Positions 36,421 through 43,733 of a DNA stretch of 64,000 nt are shown one piece after another (position 1 is the first letter of the stretch; each line of letters starts with the position of its first letter). This DNA is from a virus: the IMG/VR virus record IMGVR_UViG_3300045988_135019; one strand, given 5' to 3'. The position numbers and the translations under genes are program-made. Under the pieces are notes generated by a model. It had not been told where the DNA came from. It saw only the letters and a list, made by a program, of their open reading frames with translations, and did no database searches.

Positions 36421-36628
36421 TTTCTTCTTTCCTCCCTATTTTTTCAACTATATATTATTATTTCTAAATTCAAATTTGCTTTTTGAAAAGTTACTTTTGG
36501 GGGTGGGTTTTCTACTAAATATAAAATTCCCAAATTCCAATTTTGCTTTTCAAAAAACTACTATTATTTTCATTTTAATTTATTATTAAAACTAAATTTA
36601 TTTTAAAATTATGTAAAATCTGCACTGC

Positions 36629-36793
36629 CTATATGTTTTTATAATCTTCTATAATTTTGTTTATTCTCTCTGTGCTTAATTCTGCATTTGATAAGTCATT
36701 TAAGTATAAGTTAGCTTGATTTTCATTAAATTTTTTGTCGTTTCCGTCAAAGTAAAAAATTAAATCTAAAACATAATCATTATCACTTTTCAT
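36629..36793 (-). CDS. small hypothetical protein (54 aa)
   Basis: Below the track cut-off. ATG 36793 after GGAGGAG. MKSDNDYVLDLIFYFDGNDKKFNENQ... Confidence 0.45.
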   Translation of the reverse strand: MKSDNDYVLDLIFYFDGNDKKFNENQANLYLNDLSNAELSTERINKIIEDYKNI

Positions 36794-36827
36794 TTTTTTT
36801 TAACTCCTCCTTTCTAATTCTACTATT

Positions 36828-36856
36828 AGTATATACCAAAGCTGCAATTTTGTCAA
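36828..36856 (-). promoter_or_regulatory. sigma-70-type promoter (TTGACA-17-TATACT)
   Basis: Minus strand: TTGACA 36856..36851, TATACT 36833..36828. Confidence 0.6.
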
Positions 36857-36874
36857 GCTATTTTTAGAACTTTT

Positions 36875-37063
36875 TTATAAAATTATTCCGTTTTCTATAA
36901 AGTATTTTAAATCTCCATAAGAACCAAAAACATTTACAAATTCTTGTTTGCTATTGTATAATTCATAAGTGTTAAATTCTATTGCACAAGTTCCATATTT
37001 TTCAGCTTTAATAATTTTATAATACCAAATTCCAAATTGCTTTTTACATTTTAATTTTTTCAT
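36875..37063 (-). CDS. small hypothetical protein
   Basis: Track ORF 36875..37069. ATG 37063 is preferred over the TTG at 37069. Confidence 0.5.
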   Translation of the reverse strand: MKKLKCKKQFGIWYYKIIKAEKYGTCAIEFNTYELYNSKQEFVNVFGSYGDLKYFIENGIIL

Positions 37064-37094
37064 TTTCAAAATTCCTTTCTTAAAAGCTATTATT

Positions 37095-37123
37095 AGTATA
37101 TATTATTCTTTTGCTTTTGTCAA
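37095..37123 (-). promoter_or_regulatory. sigma-70-type promoter (TTGACA-17-TATACT)
   Basis: Minus strand: TTGACA 37123..37118, TATACT 37100..37095. Confidence 0.6.
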
Positions 37124-37207
37124 TAACTTTTTTAAAAAAATATTAAAGTTTTTTATTTTAAATTTATTTTTTATATTTTATAAACTTTAATTTATTTGAT
37201 TTCAGCC

Positions 37208-37301
37208 CGTGATTTTTTAGTTTTCTTGTTACGTTTTCGCTCTTCTTCTCCCAAATCGTGGGCAATTTTTGACTTTCCTTGTTACGTGTTGGCTCTTTCC
37301 C
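37208..37301. repeat. two tandem ~45-nt imperfect direct repeats (period 49)
   Basis: 37208..37252 and 37257..37301 share CGTG..TTTTT.G.TTTC(C)TTGTTACGT.TT.GCTCTT..C.CCC. Confidence 0.7.
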
Positions 37302-37317
37302 TGCTAACATTGTTACC

Positions 37318-37405
37318 AAACTAATGTTTGTATTGTATATTTCTATCAAAACAATTGTTTTACAAACTAGTGTTTTTTATATATATTAGTTGCAAACTTA
37401 TGTTT
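37318..37405. promoter_or_regulatory. array of four 12-bp palindromes AAAC-N4-GTTT (candidate operators)
   Basis: Copies at 37318..37329 (TAAT core), 37349..37360 (AATT), 37364..37375 (TAGT) and 37394..37405 (TTAT). Confidence 0.6.
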
Positions 37406-37700
37406 TGTTTTGTTTATATATCTTTTTTTTTGGGTATTTTTTCAATTGCCTTTAGTTATCAATATTTTAGTTTGTGCCGTGTTTTTTATTTTCAAAGTAT
37501 AATATCATTGTTTTATTTTTTTTGTTGCTTATAAGCTAAAATATAAAGCCGTATTTTCGCCACTAAGCAATTTTTTTTGACAAGTAGTGTTATTATATGT
37601 TTAAATATAAAGAAGCGGCACAAGTCTTTTATTCAATTTTCAAGGTACTTTATTTTTTTTATTTTCTTATATAAAATACAAGTTTTTTTTGTACCTTATA

Positions 37701-37748
37701 TAAAACAATAAAAAACACCACAAAAATTTTATTTTTTTTGTAGTGTTT
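37701..37748 (-). terminator. intrinsic terminator downstream of ORF 37793..38086
   Basis: 14-bp stem 37713..37726 / 37735..37748 with one mismatch, followed on the minus strand by a U-rich tract. Confidence 0.55.
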
Positions 37749-37792
37749 AAAATATCATTATTTTTTTATAAAGTATTTTAACATCAACTTTT

Positions 37793-38086
37793 TTATAGTT
37801 TTATTTCAAAAATATTTTTATTTTCTTCTACCGTTTTTTTGAATTCTTTAAATGTTTTGTAATTGTAATTAGTGTAGTTATTTATGAATCTTTTTAATTC
37901 TTTCAATGTTGTTTGTGAATAATTCCAAATAATTTTATTGTTTAAAATGTTGTTATTAAGATATAATTTTTTTGTGTTTATATCATATCTAGCAATAGTG
38001 CTGTTATAATTTTGTAATTGGTACAAGTTGTCAAAACATAAAATACAAGTATTTTTTTTATTTTCTAATATTTTTATTTTATTCAT
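37793..38086 (-). CDS. hypothetical protein
   Basis: Track ORF overlapping its upstream partner by 8 nt. Confidence 0.5.
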   Translation of the reverse strand: MNKIKILENKKNTCILCFDNLYQLQNYNSTIARYDINTKKLYLNNNILNNKIIWNYSQTTLKELKRFINNYTNYNYKTFKEFKKTVEENKNIFEIKL

Positions 38087-38417
38087 TGTTTAACACCTCA
38101 TTTATAAAATTTTCTAAAAGTTCATTAAGCGTTTGTTTTTGTTCGTTATAACTTATATTTTTATTTATGATTTTTTTTGCTTCTTCTTCGTATTTGTCTA
38201 CTATTTTATAATTTTCAATATTGCCATAAGGTCTATAACCAGTGCAAATAGCTGTTTTATGGTCTATTTGGTAGATGTCAGCGTTCCAACCATACACGCC
38301 CGCCGTGAAAAATGTGGGATTTTTAAAACGTAATAAATATTGCAAATCATCATAACCCACTTTTATTATATTTTTATAATTGTTTTGTATTTGTTTTTTT
38401 GTTGTTTTAATTTTCAT
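38079..38417 (-). CDS. hypothetical protein
   Basis: Track ORF. GYDDLQYLL...AGVYGWNADIY looks like a conserved family that I cannot name. Confidence 0.55.
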   Translation of the reverse strand: MKIKTTKKQIQNNYKNIIKVGYDDLQYLLRFKNPTFFTAGVYGWNADIYQIDHKTAICTGYRPYGNIENYKIVDKYEEEAKKIINKNISYNEQKQTLNELLENFINEVLNNE

Positions 38418-38480
38418 TTTTTTCTACCTCCATATTTTTTTAATATTTTAATATATTTCTATTTATATGTAAAATTTTTT

Positions 38481-38603
38481 CTAAAATACCAATAAAATTA
38501 AAATTATATCAATATAAACTAAAGATATACCTAACAACATTTTTATTAAAAATATTGTAATATTTTTAATTAGTATTCTTTTTTGTTTTTTTGTTAGTTC
38601 CAT
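38481..38603 (-). CDS. small hydrophobic peptide (40 aa)
   Basis: Below the track cut-off. ATG 38603 after AAAGGGAGGTG. MELTKKQKRILIKNITIFLIKMLLGISLVYIDIILILLVF. Confidence 0.45.
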   Translation of the reverse strand: MELTKKQKRILIKNITIFLIKMLLGISLVYIDIILILLVF

Positions 38604-38695
38604 ATTTTTGACACCTCCCTTTATTTATATTATATGTAAATTTTTGTAAAATATTCTTTTTTTGTTGGAATATTTTTTTGTTATTCTCTACGCTC

Positions 38696-38724
38696 ATTAT
38701 ATACATAATTTTTATAAAATGCAA
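38696..38724 (-). promoter_or_regulatory. sigma-70-type promoter (TTGCAT-17-TATAAT) with a ~85-nt leader
   Basis: Minus strand: TTGCAT 38724..38719, TATAAT 38701..38696. Confidence 0.55.
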
Positions 38725-38803
38725 GTGTTTTTTGAAAATGTAATAAAATTGTAACATTGTGCTGTATTTTTTATATCTACTTTTAATACTATTATTTTTG
38801 TTC

Positions 38804-39244
38804 TTATGTAAACTTGTGCGAACTGTATCTATTGTATTTTATAGTGAATATATTATGTAAACTTACATAACTTGCATATTATATTAAAATTTTATATTAT
38901 TTGTTTATTGTTTATATATTATGTTAACTTAATAGGTTGTTTAGCTGCTTACGTTATGTAAACAATGAGAAAAAAAATAAGATAGGGAACTAATGTTTTT
39001 TTGTTTTTTATTCCTTTAATTTTAAAAGTTAGTTACCCTTTAAAATTAATCAAAAAATTTTTTTGGATAAAATTTTAAAATATAAAATAGTAACATATTA
39101 TGTAAACTATTTTAAAATATTGTCAAAAAAGCAATATTTTCAAAAAAATGTCAATATAATAAACATTATATTGATAACATTCCCTAGGGTACTACAAAGT
39201 TATGTAAACTAAAGGGAGGTTATTTATCAACTTTTTATGTAAAT
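38804..39244 (+). repeat. seven dispersed direct copies of TTATGTAAAC (two are one-mismatch variants)
   Basis: Copies start at 38804, 38853, 38919 (TTATGTTAAC), 38954, 39098, 39200 and 39235 (TTATGTAAAT). The copy at 38853 is part of the palindrome ATGTAA-AC-TTACAT. Confidence 0.75.
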
Positions 39245-39835
39245 TATTTTAAAAAACACCCCTTAGCTCATCCACTCCCACGATAAAAAAACAAAAACTC
39301 GAATAACTCTACTCTCTCATAGCTTTCCAACAACAAAAATAACAATTTTTACCAATTCGTTAAAATAAAACATTAAATTAACTCTAACCCAGTATTATCA
39401 ACCACTTCAAGGATTGTACGACATATTAATTAGTTGAAAATAGGAAAACAAAGTCAATAAAAATAGTAAATAAAAAATCTGAGAATTTCTTGAAATATAG
39501 GCAAAATTTGATAAAATAGCTGCGAAATTCGCAGATATTCGTAAAAATATGTAAATATTTCCAAGAAGGATAAAATTGATAAAGGGTGGGCTAATTAAAA
39601 AAAAGGGAGAAGAATTATTTCCAGTAAAGGTAAAATAAGAAGTACAACCAATGCCAACTAATTCTTCTTGAAAAGGTACGGGAAGGGGGGAGTAGGTAAA
39701 AAACTGAGAGTAGGATAAAAATGGGGGAAGGGTGTAACGCCTACCCCCATATAAGAAAATAATAAAAAACAATCATTGGAGAAAAAAGTTAGATAAAAAA
39801 AGGTTAAGAATAAAATTCAAATTTTTTTTCTCTTT

Positions 39836-39872
39836 ATATATTATTTATATATTATTTATATATTTATATATA
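39836..39872. repeat. pure A/T tract with tandem 11-mers ATATATTATTT (DNA-unwinding-element-like)
   Basis: 39836..39846 and 39847..39857 are identical, followed by a partial copy. Located immediately upstream of the iterons. Confidence 0.6.
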
Positions 39873-39933
39873 GGAAAAATTCGAGACTGGGAGACATACT
39901 CTCCCAATGGATACCAGTGTTGTCTTTTTGAAA

Positions 39934-40075
39934 CTATAGGCTTTTTTGTACATCGACTGTAGGCTTTTTTGTACACCCACTATAGGCTTTTTTGTACACC
40001 CACTATAGGCTTTTTTGTACACTTTTTAAAAAAATCTGACAAAAAAGTTTGAAAACCATAGGCTTTTTTGTACAC
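39934..40075 (+). repeat. five iterons C(T/C)(A/G)TAGGCTTTTTTGTACA; four in tandem at an exact 23-bp period plus one next to the promoter
   Basis: Copies at 39934..39952, 39957..39975, 39980..39998, 40003..40021 and 40057..40075. Confidence 0.85.
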
Positions 40076-40101
40076 TTTTTTAAGAAATTTTAAAAAAAGT
40101 A

Positions 40102-40130
40102 TTGACATTGGAAAGGAAATATGTTATACT
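40102..40130 (+). promoter_or_regulatory. sigma-70-type promoter (TTGACA-17-TATACT) with an upstream A-tract
   Basis: TTGACA 40102..40107, TATACT 40125..40130. Shares AAAAAAAGTATTGACAT with the promoter at 43093. Confidence 0.7.
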
Positions 40131-40165
40131 TAATATAATGAATAAAAGAAGTAGGTGATTGAAGT

Positions 40166-40750
40166 GTGAGCAGGGACAGAAAAATGGTAATGTTCCCAAG
40201 TAGTAAAGAATTCATAGAGAACAAGAAAATATCAGATAGAACATATGCATGGTGTTTGTTAAATGGTTCATATAATGAAAGTGGTATATATATAGATAAG
40301 AATTATAACAGTGGAGCAAGAGATTTGGGAATAGACAGAAGAACATTCAAGAAAAGACTACAAATTCTTATTGAAAATGGGTATATTGAAGAAAGAGAAA
40401 ACTGTTATGTAATACCTAGAAAAGAGCTTCAATATAAAAGATATATATATAGAGACATAGCTGAAGGATTATATAATTCTGGAATGGAGAACATTATAAA
40501 ATTATTTATTGTTTTAAGTACTTATCATGACAGATATAAAGGAAATCAAAATGAAGATTTTTCATATAGATTATTATTAAAAAGGATAGGGCTTCCATAT
40601 GAGAATAATGATAAGAAAGAAAACAATAAGATTAAGAATATGTTAGATAAATTAGTTGAGCTTGGTTTATTAGAATATGAAAGAAGTCCAAGATATAATT
40701 CAGACAACTTTGGAGCAAAACAATTTGTAGTAACAAGAATAGGAGATTAA
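40166..40750 (+). CDS. two-winged-helix DNA-binding protein (candidate iteron-binding Rep/regulator)
   Basis: GTG 40166 after AGGTGA. Two wHTH-like segments: LGIDRRTFKKRLQILIENGYIEE and IKNMLDKLVELGLLEYE. Confidence 0.5.
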   Translation: MSRDRKMVMFPSSKEFIENKKISDRTYAWCLLNGSYNESGIYIDKNYNSGARDLGIDRRTFKKRLQILIENGYIEERENCYVIPRKELQYKRYIYRDIAEGLYNSGMENIIKLFIVLSTYHDRYKGNQNEDFSYRLLLKRIGLPYENNDKKENNKIKNMLDKLVELGLLEYERSPRYNSDNFGAKQFVVTRIGD

Positions 40751-40751
40751 A

Positions 40752-40988
40752 ATGTGTTATTATTGTAGAGAAGGATATGACATATTAGACAAAGAAAAAG
40801 AGAAGCTGGTGTTTATGGGTAGAGAGCTACCAGTGAAAATATCTGATTTTTCAGGAAAAGAATATGAAAAATTAAAATGTATGTTATATAGAAAAGAAGA
40901 CAATAGAGTTGTATTATCAATGAGTGATTATAAAGGTTGTCAATATATAGAGATTAATTATTGTCCAATGTGTGGAAGGAAGGTTTAG
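40752..40988 (+). CDS. hypothetical zinc-ribbon protein
   Basis: MCYYCREG...CPMCGRK. Confidence 0.6.
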   Translation: MCYYCREGYDILDKEKEKLVFMGRELPVKISDFSGKEYEKLKCMLYRKEDNRVVLSMSDYKGCQYIEINYCPMCGRKV

Positions 40989-40989
40989 A

Positions 40990-41157
40990 ATGGAAAAATT
41001 GTTTAATAAGATAGAAGAATGGGAAAATTACAATGAAGAAATTTACAATGACAAAGAAAAATATATGATTATACCATTATCGGAATATAATGAATTAAAA
41101 GATAAAGAAATCAAATTTAAGGAACTAATAAAATATATAAAGGAGAATGTTATATGA
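40990..41157 (+). CDS. hypothetical protein
   Basis: ATG 40990 after GGAAGGAAGG. Confidence 0.5.
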   Translation: MEKLFNKIEEWENYNEEIYNDKEKYMIIPLSEYNELKDKEIKFKELIKYIKENVI

Positions 41158-41450
41158 GAATTTTAGGAGATACAAATAAATCTACTTATCTTGATTATCT
41201 AATTGAAAGTTATGAAGATAAGATTAAAGAAGTAGATAAACTTAAAAAAGAATTATTAAAAGATATTAACAGGATTAACATAGCAGAGTTTGAAAATATG
41301 AAAGAGAACAAAATATTAAAAGAATGGGTAGATAAAATGGCTGAATTTTTATTTAACGAATATTATCAAATGACATATGTTAGTGAGGAACAATTTAATG
41401 AAAGGAAAAAGGATATAGTAAAATGGATATGTGAAGGGAGAGAAGATTAA
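41154..41450 (+). CDS. hypothetical protein
   Basis: Track ORF; AAGGAGA RBS. Confidence 0.6.
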   Translation: MRILGDTNKSTYLDYLIESYEDKIKEVDKLKKELLKDINRINIAEFENMKENKILKEWVDKMAEFLFNEYYQMTYVSEEQFNERKKDIVKWICEGRED

Positions 41451-41451
41451 C

Positions 41452-41988
41452 ATGTTTTTTAGAAAAATTAAAAATGAAATAGGAGAAATTAGGGATAGTT
41501 TGTGGCTTCACCGTGAAGCTAGTATAACAAGAGACAAAAAACTTGAAGAAAGAATTATAGACTTAGAGAGCAAAGTTGATTTGCTTAAATTGAATAGTGT
41601 ATGTTTGTCAGATATGAAAGTAATATTTGAAGAGTTAGCTAGAAAAGAGTTATCAGATATAAATTCTAACCTTGATAGAGCTTCTATATTTTATGAAACT
41701 AAAAATGAAGAAGGAACAACTTATCATGACTTTTATTTAGCAGTTAATAATACAGATATAGAAATTTATTCAGATTTAAAGCTAATGAAAGAATATGAAT
41801 TTTCAGAAGTAAGTAGTCAAGCATTGAAAAGTGAAGTTATAAGAAAAGCATTTGTACTATATCTAGCAACAAAGATATTAAAAGATAGAGTAGGATTAAT
41901 AAAGGACTTAATTGGGATAAAATGCAATAGTGCTTATATGAGTGTTGAAGACAAAAAAATGGAGATATTAGAAAGGATTGGTAAATAA
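41452..41988 (+). CDS. hypothetical protein
   Basis: ATG 41452 after GGGAGAG. Confidence 0.55.
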   Translation: MFFRKIKNEIGEIRDSLWLHREASITRDKKLEERIIDLESKVDLLKLNSVCLSDMKVIFEELARKELSDINSNLDRASIFYETKNEEGTTYHDFYLAVNNTDIEIYSDLKLMKEYEFSEVSSQALKSEVIRKAFVLYLATKILKDRVGLIKDLIGIKCNSAYMSVEDKKMEILERIGK

Positions 41989-42239
41989 TGGAAGAATATG
42001 TACATTTATCTTTAGAAACTTACAATAAGCTAATGGAAGATAATAAAGTTTTAAAAGCTTTTTCTCAAGATACTGAATATTATGATAAAAATGGAAAGAA
42101 AATTGAAAGTTTTTTTATTAATGAGTATGAAAGAAAAGAAAAAGTTGTAGAAATAGATATTAGTGAGCTTAGTAAAATATTTGATATTGATAGAATAGTT
42201 CTTAAAAATATTAACAATAAGGTGGTAGAATGGATTTAG
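41988..42239 (+). CDS. hypothetical protein
   Basis: Track ORF; TAATG overlap. Confidence 0.6.
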   Translation: MEEYVHLSLETYNKLMEDNKVLKAFSQDTEYYDKNGKKIESFFINEYERKEKVVEIDISELSKIFDIDRIVLKNINNKVVEWI

Positions 42240-42487
42240 TTGAGATTAAAGACCTTTTAAAGACAGAAAAGATAAAAGGAGATATGTATAAATGTGATTA
42301 TATAGGAAAACCTTTATTTATTGAAGAAGGTGACTATATTAGAACAAAAGAACATGGTTGGCAACAAGTGAAGAAGGTGGTTAAAAAAGATAATGAAGTC
42401 CATTATTGTATCAAAGTGAACAAGATTGGGTTTATAGATATTTATCCATTAGAAATTATAGAATTTGAAAAGATAGTAGGTGATTGA
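42230..42487 (+). CDS. hypothetical protein
   Basis: Track ORF; AAGGTGG RBS. Confidence 0.6.
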   Translation: MDLVEIKDLLKTEKIKGDMYKCDYIGKPLFIEEGDYIRTKEHGWQQVKKVVKKDNEVHYCIKVNKIGFIDIYPLEIIEFEKIVGD

Positions 42488-42643
42488 ATGGTGTTATTAT
42501 TTGGAATATTAGATATTTTAGATATGCTAATATGCTGCTTTTGTATATGTACTGGAATAGCATATGTTCCTTATAGCTTTATAAGGTGCATTAGATATAT
42601 ATATTATAAGATAAAAAGGAGAATAGCAAATGAACATAATTAA
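42488..42643 (+). CDS. small hydrophobic Cys-rich peptide (51 aa)
   Basis: Below the track cut-off. MVLLFGILDILDMLICCFCICTGIAYVPYSF... Confidence 0.35.
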   Translation: MVLLFGILDILDMLICCFCICTGIAYVPYSFIRCIRYIYYKIKRRIANEHN

Positions 42644-42920
42644 AGAAGGAAAGATAAAGATAAAAGAAAGATATAAAAAATGTCATATATGTCAATGTGA
42701 GTTTATATATGACTGTATAAAAGATAGAGAATATGGAACAATAGATGGGTATGAGATACATGATTGTGTTAAATGTCCAACATGTGGAGTTCTTATGCCA
42801 ATGTCTATATTTGATAAAAGAGTAAAGGAGAAAAATACAAAATACAACATTAATAAAAATAAAGATTGTAATATTTCTATTAATGAGAATGGGGGAAAAG
42901 AAAATAATGGAATTAGATAG
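42630..42920 (+). CDS. hypothetical zinc-ribbon protein
   Basis: CHICQCEF...CVKCPTCG. Confidence 0.6.
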   Translation: MNIIKEGKIKIKERYKKCHICQCEFIYDCIKDREYGTIDGYEIHDCVKCPTCGVLMPMSIFDKRVKEKNTKYNINKNKDCNISINENGGKENNGIR

Positions 42921-43083
42921 TGGTAGAATTGAAGATTTATTATGGGGATATGAAATGAGTGTAAATACTAGAGAGTATGGAAATATTGAAGTTATTAGTG
43001 TAGAGGATTTAATGGATGATATTATACCTGGAATTATTGATATGATAAATGAAGGAATTGATAATAAAATTGAATTAATTTAA
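42907..43083 (+). CDS. hypothetical protein
   Basis: ATG 42907 after GGGGGAAAAG. Confidence 0.5.
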   Translation: MELDSGRIEDLLWGYEMSVNTREYGNIEVISVEDLMDDIIPGIIDMINEGIDNKIELI

Positions 43084-43092
43084 AAAAAAGTA

Positions 43093-43121
43093 TTGACATT
43101 TGAGAAGATTTGTGATATAAT
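43093..43121 (+). promoter_or_regulatory. sigma-70-type promoter (TTGACA-17-TATAAT, extended -10 TGA)
   Basis: TTGACA 43093..43098, TGATATAAT ending at 43121. Confidence 0.7.
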
Positions 43122-43158
43122 GTAAGTATAGAAAGAAAAAGGAGGTAGAAAAAATAAA

Positions 43159-43365
43159 ATGAAAGAAAATATTAAAATATTATGTGAAAGTGGAGAAGTA
43201 GTAAATAAGAACATTGATAGTGAACTTGGTTTTTCCATTAGGAAACTTTTAATGGAAAATTCAGTAGAAAGTGTAAGGGAGCTAATTAAAATATTCAATG
43301 ACTTTGGAGTAGAGTTAGACAATGTAAGGGGAGTAGAATTCTCTAAAGGAGAAGAAAATGGATAA
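43159..43365 (+). CDS. hypothetical protein
   Basis: Track ORF; AAGGAGG RBS. Confidence 0.6.
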   Translation: MKENIKILCESGEVVNKNIDSELGFSIRKLLMENSVESVRELIKIFNDFGVELDNVRGVEFSKGEENG

Positions 43366-43555
43366 TATATTTAATTTCTTTATGTCAATGTTTGGAAGTA
43401 TAATTAGCTTCATAGTTATAGTATTACTTATTGGTGGTGTTCTTTTATTACCTTTACTTTTCAATGGTGGTTGGATTATGTATATTCCATTGGGTTTATT
43501 TATTATAGGTTCAATAGTATGTATATTTGAAGACAAAGATAAAAAAGACAAGTAA
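43358..43555 (+). CDS. hypothetical membrane protein
   Basis: Two hydrophobic segments. Confidence 0.6.
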   Translation: MDNIFNFFMSMFGSIISFIVIVLLIGGVLLLPLLFNGGWIMYIPLGLFIIGSIVCIFEDKDKKDK

Positions 43556-43568
43556 CGGGGTGAAAAGA

Positions 43569-43733
43569 ATGTGTGAAGTTGGAATTAATAAGGGTTGTAA
43601 GAATTGTCCTTATCTATATAATGAAGAGTTTTGTCTAATGGAAGATACTTATATAGATAATAATAGGGAAGTTATAGAAATGGAGATTGAAAATGAAACA
43701 ATTAAAATTAATAGAGTTTATAAAAGACCATAA
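43569..43733 (+). CDS. small Cys-containing hypothetical protein
   Basis: ATG 43569 (MCEVGINKGCKNCPY). Confidence 0.45.
   Translation: MCEVGINKGCKNCPYLYNEEFCLMEDTYIDNNREVIEMEIENETIKINRVYKRP

Noticed and set aside
1631-38333. Plus-strand track ORFs lying inside the minus-strand arm. Examples are 1631..1900, 2807..2998, 3955..4251, 9613..9840, 10272..10487, 10594..10812, 14057..14314, 15047..15268, 16479..16724, 17529..17997, 18746..18985, 21865..22417, 22723..23343, 23785..23976, 24377..24565, 25925..26360, 29921..30641, 31099..31305, 32655..32999, 34805..35002 and 38133..38333.
   Set aside because: Each is antisense to a longer ORF with recognisable motifs or an RBS. Their translations are F/L/I/S-rich low complexity, as expected from reading AT-rich coding DNA backwards, and none has a Shine-Dalgarno sequence.
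37164-39772. Track ORFs in the control region: 37164..37349 (-), 37328..37534 (+), 38566..38757 (-) and 39407..39772 (-).
   Set aside because: They have no RBS and low-complexity or proline/phenylalanine-rich translations. They overlap repeat arrays and promoter elements, so I treat the region as non-coding apart from the 40-aa peptide at 38481..38603.
39934-40075. Reading the 19-bp repeats as a CRISPR array.
   Set aside because: The units repeat every 23 bp with only 4-nt gaps, so there are no spacers. There is no leader or cas gene, and the layout matches iterons next to an AT-rich tract and a promoter.
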